Virus record (IMG/VR): IMGVR_UViG_3300034108_000367
Location: 1 to 30,688 of that record
Source of the DNA: a virus
Taxonomy: Duplodnaviria; Caudoviricetes
Length of the DNA stretch: 30,688 nt
Reading direction: 5' to 3' (one strand)
Shown here: piece by piece, positions 1 to 10,156 of the stretch
How positions within the stretch are numbered: the stretch's first letter is position 1
How the letters are laid out: every line of letters begins with the position of its first letter
Made by a program: the position numbers and the translations under genes
Notes under the pieces: generated by a model
Told to the model about the DNA's origin: nothing
The model's database searches: none
What the model saw: the letters and a program-made list of their open reading frames with translations, nothing else

Positions 1-288
1 TTTATACGAGAAATTGTTCCTGTCACTTATGATCCATTAACAGAAAATACTGACGATGACCCTGAAGCAACTGTTGGTAGAACCCATTACGGGTTTACAA
101 CACAAAACATTTTGCAAGCACTCACAAATGCGGGCGAAACAAGAGATGTAGCAATAGTGGATGTTGGTGGCTGTGACCTTTCTATGGGTAGCGATAGGCA
201 ATATTTGAACCATTCGGCGCTTATTGCGCCTATGGTTAAGGCAATACAAGAGTTAGATCAACGACTACAACAATTGGAGACAGTATGA
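1..288 (+). CDS. Tail fibre/spike C-terminus with intramolecular chaperone (peptidase S74-like) domain, 5'-truncated
   Basis: Not in the ORF track. Frame 1 is open from base 1 to TGA 286-288: ..IVPVTY..HYGFTTQ..YLNHSALIAPMVKAIQELDQRLQQLETV, the typical S74 chaperone signature plus terminal coiled coil. Confidence 0.85.
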   Translation, partial: FIREIVPVTYDPLTENTDDDPEATVGRTHYGFTTQNILQALTNAGETRDVAIVDVGGCDLSMGSDRQYLNHSALIAPMVKAIQELDQRLQQLETV

Positions 289-428
289 ACGAGCAATCAC
301 AGGTAGATGCAGGCAAAGTTATTGAGTCTTTGCTACGACAGGTAGCGGATTATGCTCAGAAGGTTGCTTTGTTGGAGGCTTTTGTGGCTTCTGTGGATAA
401 GGGTGAGGGTAACGAAAAGGGTGATTAG
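285..428 (+). CDS. Small coiled-coil hypothetical protein, 47 aa
   Basis: Manually translated MNEQSQVDAGKVIESLLRQVADYAQKVALLEAFVASVDKGEGNEKGD; GGAG upstream; ATGA overlap with the tail fibre stop. Confidence 0.7.
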   Translation: MNEQSQVDAGKVIESLLRQVADYAQKVALLEAFVASVDKGEGNEKGD

Positions 429-431
429 TGA
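409..431 (+). promoter_or_regulatory. GTAACGA box, putative late promoter element (copy 1)
   Basis: GTAACGA at 409-415; ATG at 431, 22 nt after the first G; no clear Shine-Dalgarno. Confidence 0.6.
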
Positions 432-862
432 TGGCTTACACTGATATAGGTTTAAATTACGAACCTCAAAAGCGTGGCGCTGCCCAGCAGCGTGACGCTT
501 CTTTAGCGATGAACGCATATAGTCGTATGTTGTCGCAGCAGCGTGGTTCTCGTGATCTTATGGCTGCCGATAAGGCTGCTGCTAAGGGTCTTGAGGGTTT
601 TGGGGCTGGTTATGGTCGTCGTGGTTTGCGTAATAGTGGTCTTTTCCGTAATGCTGCTTCTGATTATTCGCAGAATTGGATGAATCAGCGTAATGATCAG
701 TTGGATGCTTTGCGTCAGCAGTTGGCACAGTATGACTTACAGGATGCGCAGTCGCAGAGTGGTTATGAAAGTACTTTGGCTGATATAGAATTGGCGAAGC
801 AGCGTGACATTCTTGCCACGGCTGCTTCTTTACAGGGCTTGCGCCCATTTTTAGGAGCGTGA
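431..862 (+). CDS. Putative internal virion protein (small, Ala/Gln-rich)
   Basis: Helical A/Q-rich ORF with GYGRRGLRNSG segment; first of four genes between tail fibre and lysin, the position typical of podovirus ejection proteins. Confidence 0.55.
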   Translation: MAYTDIGLNYEPQKRGAAQQRDASLAMNAYSRMLSQQRGSRDLMAADKAAAKGLEGFGAGYGRRGLRNSGLFRNAASDYSQNWMNQRNDQLDALRQQLAQYDLQDAQSQSGYESTLADIELAKQRDILATAASLQGLRPFLGA

Positions 863-865
863 GTC

Positions 866-2320
866 ATGGCTAGTGCTGATCAATATGCAAGGGAAGCGGA
901 CCGTAAAAGGACTGTTGGAACACAAAATAGCAATACTGGTACTAAGCGTAATGTAGGTAAAAGGCTTACCCCTATTCAGGACTTGTATGGGGGTACGGAG
1001 ATTTGGAATCGTACTGATCCTATTAGTAGGGCTGCTATTGCTGCTTGGGATGCTGGAGATCTTGTTGCTGGTCCTAATGGTAAATGGGATGCTATTAACA
1101 TGGCTGGCATTGGGGCAAGAAATGCTGTTTATGAAGCCACAAAAAATAATGCTCCTCCTCCTCCTGCTGGTGGTGGTGGTATTGATAATAAGGCTTTGAT
1201 GGCTTCCTTGACACAATATGCGAACAATATGGGTTCTAATACTGGGATGGACTCTATCAACAATTTGTATAACCAATTGTTGACTGATACTCGGAGCAGT
1301 GGGCAGTCTCAGCAGGATGCTATTAATACTTTTTATAACAAGTTGTTGACTGATACTCAGAGCAGTGGGCAGTCTCAAGAGGATGCCATTAAACGTTTGT
1401 ATGGAACATTGTTGGGTGATACTACTGCTCGTGGTAAATCTCAGCAGGATGCTATCAACAAGTTTTATGGTGGCGCTGAAACACAACTTGGTGGTTTGAA
1501 CGCTGATGCTTTGGCTATGTTGCAGAATCAGTATAATCAGATTAGTGGTGAGATTGGTACTCAGTCTGATGCTGGTCGTACGACTATTGATGAGAGCACT
1601 CAGCGTGCTTTGGCTGCCCTTGGTGGGCAGTCAAACCCTTATGCTGGGTTGCAGATGGCTGATGTTGGTGCTGTAACTGATCCTATGGCTGCTTATAGTC
1701 AGGCTGTTGGTGCTCCTCAGGGTGGTATTGATGCGTTGCAGCAGATGTTGCAGTCACAGAACGCAGCGACAAGGGGAGGGTTCGGTAACCTTGCTCAGTT
1801 GTTGGGTGCTTCTCAGCAGGCTGCTCAGCAGTCTCGTATTGGTGATGTGAATGTGGCTCGTGCTGGTGCTCAGCAGGATTTGGCTGCTAATCAGCGTGCT
1901 GCAGCGTTGCGTGCATTGCAGCAGTCTCAGCAGGCGCAGCAGGCGCAGCAGGGTACTTATGCCCAGCAGATGATTGGTTTGGGTCAGAATCGTTTGCAAT
2001 CTAATTTGAGTGCTGAACAGAGCATGGGCGATATGTTGAGTCAGTTGCAACAGAATCAGTTGAATGCCCAGTTGGGTACTCAGCAAAATACGGGTAATTT
2101 GCTGAGCCAGTTCGGACAGAACCAGTTGAATGCTCAGTTGGGTAGTCAACAGAATATGAGTGGTTTGTTGAGTCAGTTGCAACAAGGTCAGTTGAACTCC
2201 CAGTTGGGTCAACAGCAGAATAATCAGGGTCTTCGCAATGATTTCATGGATCAGTTGTTAGGTCTTGCTGGCAAGGGTATTGATGTGTCGCAGATTATCG
2301 CTCTTCTAGGAGGTCAATGA
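866..2320 (+). CDS. Putative internal virion/DNA ejection protein, Gln/Gly/Ala-rich with 22-aa repeats
   Basis: 484-aa ORF with AGGAG RBS; two blocks of 22-aa repeats; synteny. Confidence 0.6.
   Translation: MASADQYAREADRKRTVGTQNSNTGTKRNVGKRLTPIQDLYGGTEIWNRTDPISRAAIAAWDAGDLVAGPNGKWDAINMAGIGARNAVYEATKNNAPPPPAGGGGIDNKALMASLTQYANNMGSNTGMDSINNLYNQLLTDTRSSGQSQQDAINTFYNKLLTDTQSSGQSQEDAIKRLYGTLLGDTTARGKSQQDAINKFYGGAETQLGGLNADALAMLQNQYNQISGEIGTQSDAGRTTIDESTQRALAALGGQSNPYAGLQMADVGAVTDPMAAYSQAVGAPQGGIDALQQMLQSQNAATRGGFGNLAQLLGASQQAAQQSRIGDVNVARAGAQQDLAANQRAAALRALQQSQQAQQAQQGTYAQQMIGLGQNRLQSNLSAEQSMGDMLSQLQQNQLNAQLGTQQNTGNLLSQFGQNQLNAQLGSQQNMSGLLSQLQQGQLNSQLGQQQNNQGLRNDFMDQLLGLAGKGIDVSQIIALLGGQ
1256..1471 (+). 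repeat. 66-nt (22-aa) tandem coding repeat, about 3.3 copies
   Basis: Units start at 1256, 1322, 1388 and 1454: INNLYNQLLTDTRSSGQSQQDA / INTFYNKLLTDTQSSGQSQEDA / IKRLYGTLLGDTTARGKSQQDA / INKFYG. Confidence 0.9.
2036..2221 (+). repeat. Second 66-nt (22-aa) tandem coding repeat, about 3 copies
   Basis: Units start at 2036, 2102 and 2168: LSQLQQNQLNAQLGTQQNTGNL / LSQFGQNQLNAQLGSQQNMSGL / LSQLQQGQLNSQLGQQQN. Confidence 0.9.
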
Positions 2321-3507
2321 TGGCAGGAGAAGATGTTCTTCTTGATTGGTTAATGTCTCAAGCGAACACTAAGGGTGGTTCTAAACAAACTAACAATATT
2401 CAGGATCTTGTGTCGTCGCTGTTCTCTCCTGAGTTTGGTGCGCTAACTGGATCTGTTGATCCGTTAGCGACGCAGGCTGCTCCTTATGTTCCTAATGTTC
2501 CTTTGTTGACTGCTTATACGAATGATCCTAATGCTGATGTTCGTAATGCTGCTATGCGCATTGCGAACGGAGATTCTCCTCTTGATGTGAAGATGGAGTT
2601 GCGTGGCAAGTTTGGTTTAAAGACAGAGAAAGATTTTACTGATTCAGGTTTGACTATCAAGGAACTTGATGGCATTGTTGATGACATGTATAAGGAGTAT
2701 GCAAGTAACTTGAGCGATGAGGCTGCTTATAACGCTGCTTCTGCTAAGGCTTTGGCTTCTAACGTTTTTGGTGATGCTATGTTGCCTCAGCCCACTGAAC
2801 GTTACACAATGGACACGATGCCTGTGACTTCTGATTTGCAGGCTATGTTAACTCGTCTGCAGGCTGAAGGTAAAAAAGTTATGGAGATGGGCGAGAATGT
2901 TCAGGGTGCTGCTGATTTGGAAAAGCAAGTGATGTTGAAGTATGCGCAAGAAAATCAGACACCTGCCCCTAAGAAAATTAAACCTATTTCAAATGAGGAT
3001 GCTTTAAAAACTATTCCTTTGCCTACATTTAAGTCGTATGAGGATGCCGTTAAGTATGGGGACTCTATAGTTCCTGAGGGTGGACGCAAATTTGGTGACG
3101 CATGGTCGCTCGCCAATAATGCTTCTATCTATTTCCTTAAAACTAAACCTAACGCTACCGAGGCGGATCGTCAGGCTTATGTTAAGGATATGTGGCGTAA
3201 AAACCTAGAGACCACTTTCCCTGATTTGGGTAAGCAAATGAATATTAATAATCCGAATAAAACTGATTTTAATAGGTTTGCTGTTTCTGATGAAAATAAG
3301 CGTGAAGATGCTTTGATGCTTGATCGTGCTGCTAAGTCTGAGGCTAAACGTACTGTTGGTGATGATTACAGCAAGAAAAGAAAACTGTTGCTCAAGCAGG
3401 CAGGTATTGCTCAGCAGAAAAAGGCTGGGGAACTTATTGCTTTACAGATGCTCGGTCAAACGCCTTTGTTGGACGCTTTAAAGATGCGTACAACTGGGCT
3501 TGGCTGA
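2320..3507 (+). CDS. Putative internal virion protein
   Basis: About 395-aa ORF; AGGAGG at 2308-2313; overlaps the upstream stop. Function from position only. Confidence 0.55.
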   Translation: MAGEDVLLDWLMSQANTKGGSKQTNNIQDLVSSLFSPEFGALTGSVDPLATQAAPYVPNVPLLTAYTNDPNADVRNAAMRIANGDSPLDVKMELRGKFGLKTEKDFTDSGLTIKELDGIVDDMYKEYASNLSDEAAYNAASAKALASNVFGDAMLPQPTERYTMDTMPVTSDLQAMLTRLQAEGKKVMEMGENVQGAADLEKQVMLKYAQENQTPAPKKIKPISNEDALKTIPLPTFKSYEDAVKYGDSIVPEGGRKFGDAWSLANNASIYFLKTKPNATEADRQAYVKDMWRKNLETTFPDLGKQMNINNPNKTDFNRFAVSDENKREDALMLDRAAKSEAKRTVGDDYSKKRKLLLKQAGIAQQKKAGELIALQMLGQTPLLDALKMRTTGLG

Positions 3508-3508
3508 T

Positions 3509-3531
3509 GTAACAACTTCACCTATTATTGA
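3509..3531 (+). promoter_or_regulatory. GTAACAA box, putative late promoter element (copy 2)
   Basis: GTAACAA at 3509-3515; ATG at 3531 (+22); no Shine-Dalgarno in the 23-nt intergenic gap. Confidence 0.6.
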
Positions 3532-6500
3532 TGGCTGTTTATAATCCTCGTTTTGACCCAAATAGTATGGGTGCTTCTACTGGCTCTTCACCTAAGGTGC
3601 AGAGCCTAAAGGATATCCTTGCTGCTCAACCTGTTCAAAAGCGTGAATCTTCGCTAGGTAAGAGCGCCTCTACCAAGGGCGCTCCTGATGAGGGTGGATG
3701 GCGTGGTCTTGTAGGGGATGTTCTTGGCAGTGCTCCTGCCAAGTTATTGTTGAAACCTTTGATTGCGCTTGACGTTCCCCGTCGTGTCGTTATCTCAGGT
3801 ATTAAAGAAGGCATTGACATCTTCGGTCCTGATGATGCGTCTTTGGGCGATTTCATGAAGCAGGTTAAAGATCCTACTTTTGGTGCTGGAGATTTTGTTA
3901 ATACGGGAAGCAAATGGGCTGACCGTATTCTTGGTTTTGTTGGTGACGTTGCTCTTGACCCTTTGACTTACGCTACGTTCGGTGCTTCGCATTTCGCTGG
4001 TAGTGCTGGTCGTCTTGCTTTGGCTAACCTTGCTAAGGACGCTGGCATGTCAGGCGCTAAACTTGGTGACATTGCACGCTATGGGCGTGCTGCTCTTGAT
4101 GCTGACGAGATCGCTCGTCTTGGTGTCAACCGTAGTGGTGTGTATATGTTTGGTAAGCGTCTGACTGCGAGACGTATTCCTTTGACTGGCAGAATTGGTG
4201 AGTTGAGTGAGAAAGGTTTGGCTAGTCTTCGTCTTGCAGGTTCTGAAACTAAACTTGGTTCTGCAATGCAGAAGGCTTTCACTCCTAAAGATTATAAAGA
4301 GTTACGTATCGCTTTGGCTAAGGGTGATGTCCCTGATAGTAAAGTTGGCGATGTTATTACGACGATTGTTTCTCGTGATACTGAACGTCAGGCTGCTGCA
4401 CGTGGCGCTAACGAAGGTCAGCGCCGTGTGGCACAGACTATGGCTGAGGCTGGCGAAGCAGAGATTCAGTCAACACGTAAGACGTTGCATAAATATATGG
4501 AGAACCCAGCGTTGCTTGCCAACGCTTCTCCTGTAGAGCAGAAGGCTTTGTCTCGTTGGACTACTTTGTTTGGTTCTTTTTGGGATGACGTTGATGCAAT
4601 TATTAAACTTGTAGATCCTAGTGGTGGCTTTGGTCGTTTCCAAAACTATTTCCCTCACATGAGCACTGATGCTGCTAATAAGTGGATGCGTGAATCACGT
4701 GGTGCTTACAGTAAGGAAGTCGCTGAACTCATTGATCGTCCTCTTGACCCTGCCTCTGTTTTCCAGCATCGTAAATTAAAAGAGGGCATGGAATGGTTTG
4801 GTACTAAGTTAGGTAAGGACGATTTAACTGTTGATCGTTTGAATGAGATTGCACGTAATGGTGGTTTCACTGACGACTTCTTTGAGACTGACATTATTAC
4901 TGTTGCAGAAAAGTATGTTGGTAGTTATTCAAAGCAGATGGGTATCTCTTCTCGTTTGAAAGAACTGTCAGATAAGGGTGTTCTTAAAACTCTTTCTGAT
5001 CGTGCTATTGATGAAACGATTATTGACACTGGTGCTAAGGCTGCTCATGAGGTAGTTCTTAAGGCTGCTACTAAAGATCTTGTTGATGTTGGGGTGAACT
5101 TTAAGAGTGCTTTGCAGATGGCTGCCGAAGGTGTTGTCGTCGCCAAGAATGAGGCTGTTGCTGGTATCGCTAATGTTACTGAGGTTGCTTTAAAGGCAAC
5201 GTCTGCAGCCGATGCTGCTGCGTTGCAGTTAGCAAACGTTAATAAGAAGATGGACGATGCTGTCAGTCTTCTTGATAACTATCAGAGAACTATTGAAGGT
5301 CTTCTTGCTCCTGATGGTTCTTATCCTATTAGTGCTGGTCCAGTTTTCAAGCAGTTGGACGAACTGAAGATTCAGTTAGTCCAGTTTAAGGATGAGTTTG
5401 CTGGGGCTTCTGCTAATGAGGCTAGGTTTGCCGAGGAACTTGCTGCTGCTAAAGCGGAGGGTGCTGCTGCTGAGGCTGTTGTTAAGAAGCGTCAGGCTGC
5501 GGAGCGTGCGACGACAAAGAGGGCAACTGATGCGAAGGCTAAGAAGGTTGCGACTAAGATTGAGAAGACTATTACTGATGTTCAGGACACGGTTAATTAT
5601 AATCAGTTGTTGACAGAGAATTATAATTCTATTGTTGAGGGTACTGTGTTCACTGGTGCTAATAGTGATCTTCTTAATAACATTGGTGAGTGGATTGGTT
5701 CGCAGCCTTTGGCTTCTGCTACTCGTGGTCGTAAGGGTGTTCAAGCAAAGTTTAGTGGTGGTGTAGATGCGTATATTAAAACTAATCTCGGTAATCGTGA
5801 ATGGTTTAAGCGTTTAACTGGTAAGAATAAAATATCTCCAACTAGCGTTGCCAAGTTAAACTATGAGGGTAGCGAGAATACTGTTGTTGCTTTGTTGAAC
5901 TCAGGACCATCTTATATTGAAGATGGTCGTCGTGCTGGCATGTGGATGTTGGCTCGTGATGAGAAGTTCTTTGGTGAGGATGTTCCTGAGATTCTTGCTA
6001 GAGCACGTGAGGATCTTGTTCGTTCTCTTGAGGATGCCGAGACTGCTGTTATTGCTGATGCTGCTAGAGCGAGTGCAGCAAAAAAGACTGAGACAGTGAG
6101 TGATGCTGTTGTTGTCGGTGCGACTGCGACTAAGAAGCAGCAGGGTGAAATTGCTGCTGCGTCTGCGAGTCTTACTGGGGAGAACACTGCAGGTCGTATT
6201 GCTGCTCGTCGTGTTGAAGATGTGAATATTGTTGCTGATGAGGCAGGCCAATATGCTGCACGTTTGGAAAAGTTCTCTAATGTTCGTGAACAGTTAGAGG
6301 CTGCTGGTCTTTCTAATTCTGCTGAGCCTTTGACTCAGGAAGCAAAGGTTAAGTTTGCTCAGATGCTTGTTGGTGAAGAGGCATTGGCTGAGCGTGCTGC
6401 TGCTGCCAATGCAGATGAACTCGTGGGTGATGTTGCGGATTATAATGTTTCTGATGAAATCTTTGCGAAGACAGGCGTTGATGAAGAAGCAGCAATGGAT

Positions 6501-9500
6501 GTTGCGAACGCTGAAGATTATGGTAGTACTCTCGCTGACTCTACTGATACAAGTGTTTATTCTAAGTCTGATTATATTGAGGGTGGATCTGTACGGAATA
6601 TTTCAACTGCTAGTGACACTATTACTATTGATAGCGATTTCCAAAACGCTATCAATAATGCTATTGCTAAACCTATTGAAACTTTCGCTGATCTTCATCG
6701 TGTTGTTAAAGAGATTGAAGACAACATTGTTGGGCGTACGTGGGAAGTTGGTCAGGGCGCAACTCAAAGAACATACACTGTTCGTGATGCAATCGTTGCT
6801 CCTACTGCCAAGGATGGTAAGTCTGCTATTCAGCGTGCGGTTGAAAACAACTTAACTAAGGCAAATGTTAAGGCTGCAGAGATTAGTGGCTTGACCACTC
6901 AAGAGGTTTCTCAAGTTGTTGCCGAGAAGTTAACTCAGTACATGGTGTTGTCTGAGTTGCATCAGAGGTTTGTTAATATTGGTGCTGTCCTTGGTAAGCA
7001 TGGTCAGACTGTCACTAAGGACATGTTGTCTGATACTGCGAAGAATGTGACACGCAACCTTCGCCAGCATTGGCAGGCAAAGGTTGAAAAATTGACTGCT
7101 TTGGGTGGTCCTGAGTTGGAGCGTGCTCAGAATGTATTGAAGCAACTTGATTCCATTACTCTTGAACCTTCTGATGAGTTGTTCTCTCGTATGCTTGGAG
7201 ATATGTCTGTCCGTGTTCGCAACACGGCTGCCGATGCATCTGATGCTACTCGTGTGAGTGGCTTGTCTAATGCTGCTCGTGGCAAGATGGATGATGCTAC
7301 TGATTCTTTGCAGAAGATGAAGTCCACTCCTCAATATGTTAAGGCTATGCATGATAAAGAAATGGTTAATGCCATGGACGATCTTGCTGCTTCTAATCTT
7401 GATCAATATGTTCTTCCCGATGGCACTCAAGGTTTCCTAGCCAAGGATGCCGAGGGCAACGTTGATGTGTTGATGATGCCTGATGGTGTTACTCCTGTTT
7501 CGTTCACTGAGGCTGAGTGGCGTTCTCTATATAAAGACCCTAAGGCTAATGTTGTTGCTGACACTACTAAGGTCACTGCTCTTGAAGATGACATCTCCAA
7601 GTTGGCAAACAACATTCAAAATGGCAAAACTACTTTAACTAATATGGAGAAGGCTCGTGCTGCTGGCAAGTTAACTGAAGCAGATATAGCCACGCAGCAA
7701 AAGATCATTAATGCTCTTGGTGCTGCGCAACAAAAACTTGATGGACTACAAATAGATTTAGCAAAACTAAAATCTGTTGCTGATGTTCATAATCCTGCCG
7801 TTCAACAGATGGCTCTTGAAAAGATGCGCATCCTCGTACATGGTAACGGCAAGCAGCAAGGGTGGTACAACTCAGGGGTTGACCTTAAGGGTGTTCTTAA
7901 CTCTGACAATGCTGCTGTCGCTTTGCGTCGCACAAACATTAAGTCCGCATGGGAATCAGGACCGCAAGCAAAGTTCTTGGCTGAAGTAGATAATACTGCA
8001 GCCAAGGCTGAAGTGTATGCACAACAAAGTTTCTCCAACTCTGTCGTCGCAATTAACGATCATGCTGATGTGTTAACCAAGGCTGCTGATGACGCTGCAA
8101 AGTTAGCGCAGGAGAAGGCTGCTAAGGAGGCTGCAGCCGAAGCACCTGAAGTTATCCCTGATGTTATTCCTTCTGCTCCTGTTGACAACACTAAAGTTTC
8201 TACTTTGACTGCGATGTTAAAGGAAGCGAGTACTGGTACTTCTGCTGCTAGAGCGAGTCTTAAAAAAGTTGAAACTAAGATTAGTAAGTTGGAAGCAACT
8301 CTTGCTTCTGTTCGTCAGCGTGAGGCTACACGCCTAGCAGGCAAGGCTGAGAAGCAACAAACTGTTGTTAATAAGTTGGCTGACACGCTGCATCAAGCAC
8401 AAGGTGCTTTTGATGCTGCTGAGGCTGTGCGTGCTTCTGCTCAAGAGGTTGCTGAGCGTACTATCCCGTGGCTTGAGGACACTATTGCTTTTGTGGATTC
8501 TGTTATTGATGGGACTGTGAAGTTGCCTCAGACTCGTACGGGTGGCAAGTTTGGTCCTCGTCCTGTTGCTACTCCTATGCCTCAGACTGTTGCAGATCGT
8601 GCTGCTCAGACTGCAGCAGATCGTGCTTTGACTGGCAAGAATGCTGCTGCTCGTTTGCGTAAGGCTGGTCTTACTAATGATGAGGCGAATGAGTTGACTC
8701 GTTGGCGTAAGACTACGCAGTTGGCTATGAAGGCTTTTAATGATGATCCCAATGATCCTATTGCTCGTGTGCTTATGGCTGCTGCGCATGCTGAAGGTAA
8801 GTATTTCATGGCTGATCTTACTGTGCGTCAGAATCAATTGATTATGCGCACTATTGATCAGGGTGATATTGCGACGACATTCAAGAAGGCAACTGAGGAT
8901 GGTTTTGCTTCGTTGGAGAAGATTGGTTTGAAGGGTACGCAAGCACCCAAGGAGATCGCTGAAGTTTTGCAGAACGTTCGTCGTGCCGATCAGCCTGCTT
9001 GGGCTAAAGAACTTAATCGTTTCTTTGGTAAGTACACACGTTTCTTTAAAGCGTATGCAACGTTAAGTATTGGTTTCCATGTTCGCAACGCTATGTCTAA
9101 CACGTTCTCTCTTGTCGCTTCGGGTGCTGATATTAAGAATATGCATCGTGGTTTTGATTTGTATCGTGATCTTATTTCTCATGTGAATAACAAGGGCAAG
9201 ATTGATGACTGGCTTGCTAAGTTTAGTGGCGAAGAGGCTAAGCGTGTTGAGATCGCTGTTCGTGCTATGGAGTCTGCTGGTGGTGGTCGTGTTGAGGAAG
9301 CGTTCGCTGACTTCGCACGTAAGGGAAGCACTATTACTGACAACCCTTTGACTCGTGGTTCAATTAAGATAGGTGAGCGTGTTGAGGGTTCGGGTCGTTT
9401 CATGCTCGCTTATGACTCTGCTGCTAAAGGTTTAGATTTTAATACTGCGACTGCTCGTGTGAAGCGTTACTTGTTTGACTATAACGATGTTGGTTCTTTT

Positions 9501-10154
9501 GATGAGAACATTCGTCAGATTGTACCGTTTTGGATTTGGATGTCACGCAACCTCCCATTGCAGTTGGTTAACCAGTGGAGTAACCCTCGTGCGTATGCGA
9601 TGTATAACAATCTAATGAGGAACGTTGGTCAGGACGATTCTAAGGATGTTGTTCCTTCTTGGTTAAAGGAACAGGGTTCTGTGAAGATTGCTGATGGATG
9701 GTATCTTGCACCTGATCTTGGTTTCAACAGGTTGAGTAAGGACTTGGAGCAGTTGAAAGATCCTGCTCGTTTGTTGTCGTATGTTAACCCTGCGTTGCGT
9801 CTTCCTGTTGAAGTGTTTGGTGGACGTAAGTTCTATAACAATGTTCCTTTCAGTCAGGATAAGGAGAAGGTTGCTGCTGGTTTTGGTGCTTCTCCTGTTA
9901 TTGCTGCACTCGCTGATTTGCTTGGGCAAACCGAGCGAGGTCCGAATGGTCAGCAGTTGGTTGATCCTAAGTTGAACTATGTTCTTCAGTCTCTGTTGCC
10001 GATGTTGGGTAAGAGTGAACGTCTTGTTCCTGAATCGGATGAGATGAAGCCGAAGGTTCTTGGTAACTGGGCTTCGTTCTTGGGTGTGCCTGTTCGTCAG
10101 GTTACTCAGGGTATGCGTGATAATGAATTGCGACGACAAAGTAGTGGAGGTTAG
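3531..10154 (+). CDS. Giant internal virion/DNA ejection protein (large polyvalent protein-like), 2207 aa
   Basis: N-terminal GFVGDVALDPLTY and NYFPH..FFETD segments and C-terminal GFHVRNAMSN..FDYNDV..IVPFWIWMSRNLP segments resemble large podovirus ejection/polyvalent proteins; long Ala-rich coiled-coil middle. Confidence 0.7.
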   Translation: MAVYNPRFDPNSMGASTGSSPKVQSLKDILAAQPVQKRESSLGKSASTKGAPDEGGWRGLVGDVLGSAPAKLLLKPLIALDVPRRVVISGIKEGIDIFGPDDASLGDFMKQVKDPTFGAGDFVNTGSKWADRILGFVGDVALDPLTYATFGASHFAGSAGRLALANLAKDAGMSGAKLGDIARYGRAALDADEIARLGVNRSGVYMFGKRLTARRIPLTGRIGELSEKGLASLRLAGSETKLGSAMQKAFTPKDYKELRIALAKGDVPDSKVGDVITTIVSRDTERQAAARGANEGQRRVAQTMAEAGEAEIQSTRKTLHKYMENPALLANASPVEQKALSRWTTLFGSFWDDVDAIIKLVDPSGGFGRFQNYFPHMSTDAANKWMRESRGAYSKEVAELIDRPLDPASVFQHRKLKEGMEWFGTKLGKDDLTVDRLNEIARNGGFTDDFFETDIITVAEKYVGSYSKQMGISSRLKELSDKGVLKTLSDRAIDETIIDTGAKAAHEVVLKAATKDLVDVGVNFKSALQMAAEGVVVAKNEAVAGIANVTEVALKATSAADAAALQLANVNKKMDDAVSLLDNYQRTIEGLLAPDGSYPISAGPVFKQLDELKIQLVQFKDEFAGASANEARFAEELAAAKAEGAAAEAVVKKRQAAERATTKRATDAKAKKVATKIEKTITDVQDTVNYNQLLTENYNSIVEGTVFTGANSDLLNNIGEWIGSQPLASATRGRKGVQAKFSGGVDAYIKTNLGNREWFKRLTGKNKISPTSVAKLNYEGSENTVVALLNSGPSYIEDGRRAGMWMLARDEKFFGEDVPEILARAREDLVRSLEDAETAVIADAARASAAKKTETVSDAVVVGATATKKQQGEIAAASASLTGENTAGRIAARRVEDVNIVADEAGQYAARLEKFSNVREQLEAAGLSNSAEPLTQEAKVKFAQMLVGEEALAERAAAANADELVGDVADYNVSDEIFAKTGVDEEAAMDVANAEDYGSTLADSTDTSVYSKSDYIEGGSVRNISTASDTITIDSDFQNAINNAIAKPIETFADLHRVVKEIEDNIVGRTWEVGQGATQRTYTVRDAIVAPTAKDGKSAIQRAVENNLTKANVKAAEISGLTTQEVSQVVAEKLTQYMVLSELHQRFVNIGAVLGKHGQTVTKDMLSDTAKNVTRNLRQHWQAKVEKLTALGGPELERAQNVLKQLDSITLEPSDELFSRMLGDMSVRVRNTAADASDATRVSGLSNAARGKMDDATDSLQKMKSTPQYVKAMHDKEMVNAMDDLAASNLDQYVLPDGTQGFLAKDAEGNVDVLMMPDGVTPVSFTEAEWRSLYKDPKANVVADTTKVTALEDDISKLANNIQNGKTTLTNMEKARAAGKLTEADIATQQKIINALGAAQQKLDGLQIDLAKLKSVADVHNPAVQQMALEKMRILVHGNGKQQGWYNSGVDLKGVLNSDNAAVALRRTNIKSAWESGPQAKFLAEVDNTAAKAEVYAQQSFSNSVVAINDHADVLTKAADDAAKLAQEKAAKEAAAEAPEVIPDVIPSAPVDNTKVSTLTAMLKEASTGTSAARASLKKVETKISKLEATLASVRQREATRLAGKAEKQQTVVNKLADTLHQAQGAFDAAEAVRASAQEVAERTIPWLEDTIAFVDSVIDGTVKLPQTRTGGKFGPRPVATPMPQTVADRAAQTAADRALTGKNAAARLRKAGLTNDEANELTRWRKTTQLAMKAFNDDPNDPIARVLMAAAHAEGKYFMADLTVRQNQLIMRTIDQGDIATTFKKATEDGFASLEKIGLKGTQAPKEIAEVLQNVRRADQPAWAKELNRFFGKYTRFFKAYATLSIGFHVRNAMSNTFSLVASGADIKNMHRGFDLYRDLISHVNNKGKIDDWLAKFSGEEAKRVEIAVRAMESAGGGRVEEAFADFARKGSTITDNPLTRGSIKIGERVEGSGRFMLAYDSAAKGLDFNTATARVKRYLFDYNDVGSFDENIRQIVPFWIWMSRNLPLQLVNQWSNPRAYAMYNNLMRNVGQDDSKDVVPSWLKEQGSVKIADGWYLAPDLGFNRLSKDLEQLKDPARLLSYVNPALRLPVEVFGGRKFYNNVPFSQDKEKVAAGFGASPVIAALADLLGQTERGPNGQQLVDPKLNYVLQSLLPMLGKSERLVPESDEMKPKVLGNWASFLGVPVRQVTQGMRDNELRRQSSGG

Positions 10155-10156
10155 TG

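Noticed and set aside
851-10139. Long minus-strand ORFs opposite the virion genes
   Set aside because: Shadow frames from biased codon use (S/T/I-rich, no RBS) opposite clear plus-strand genes.
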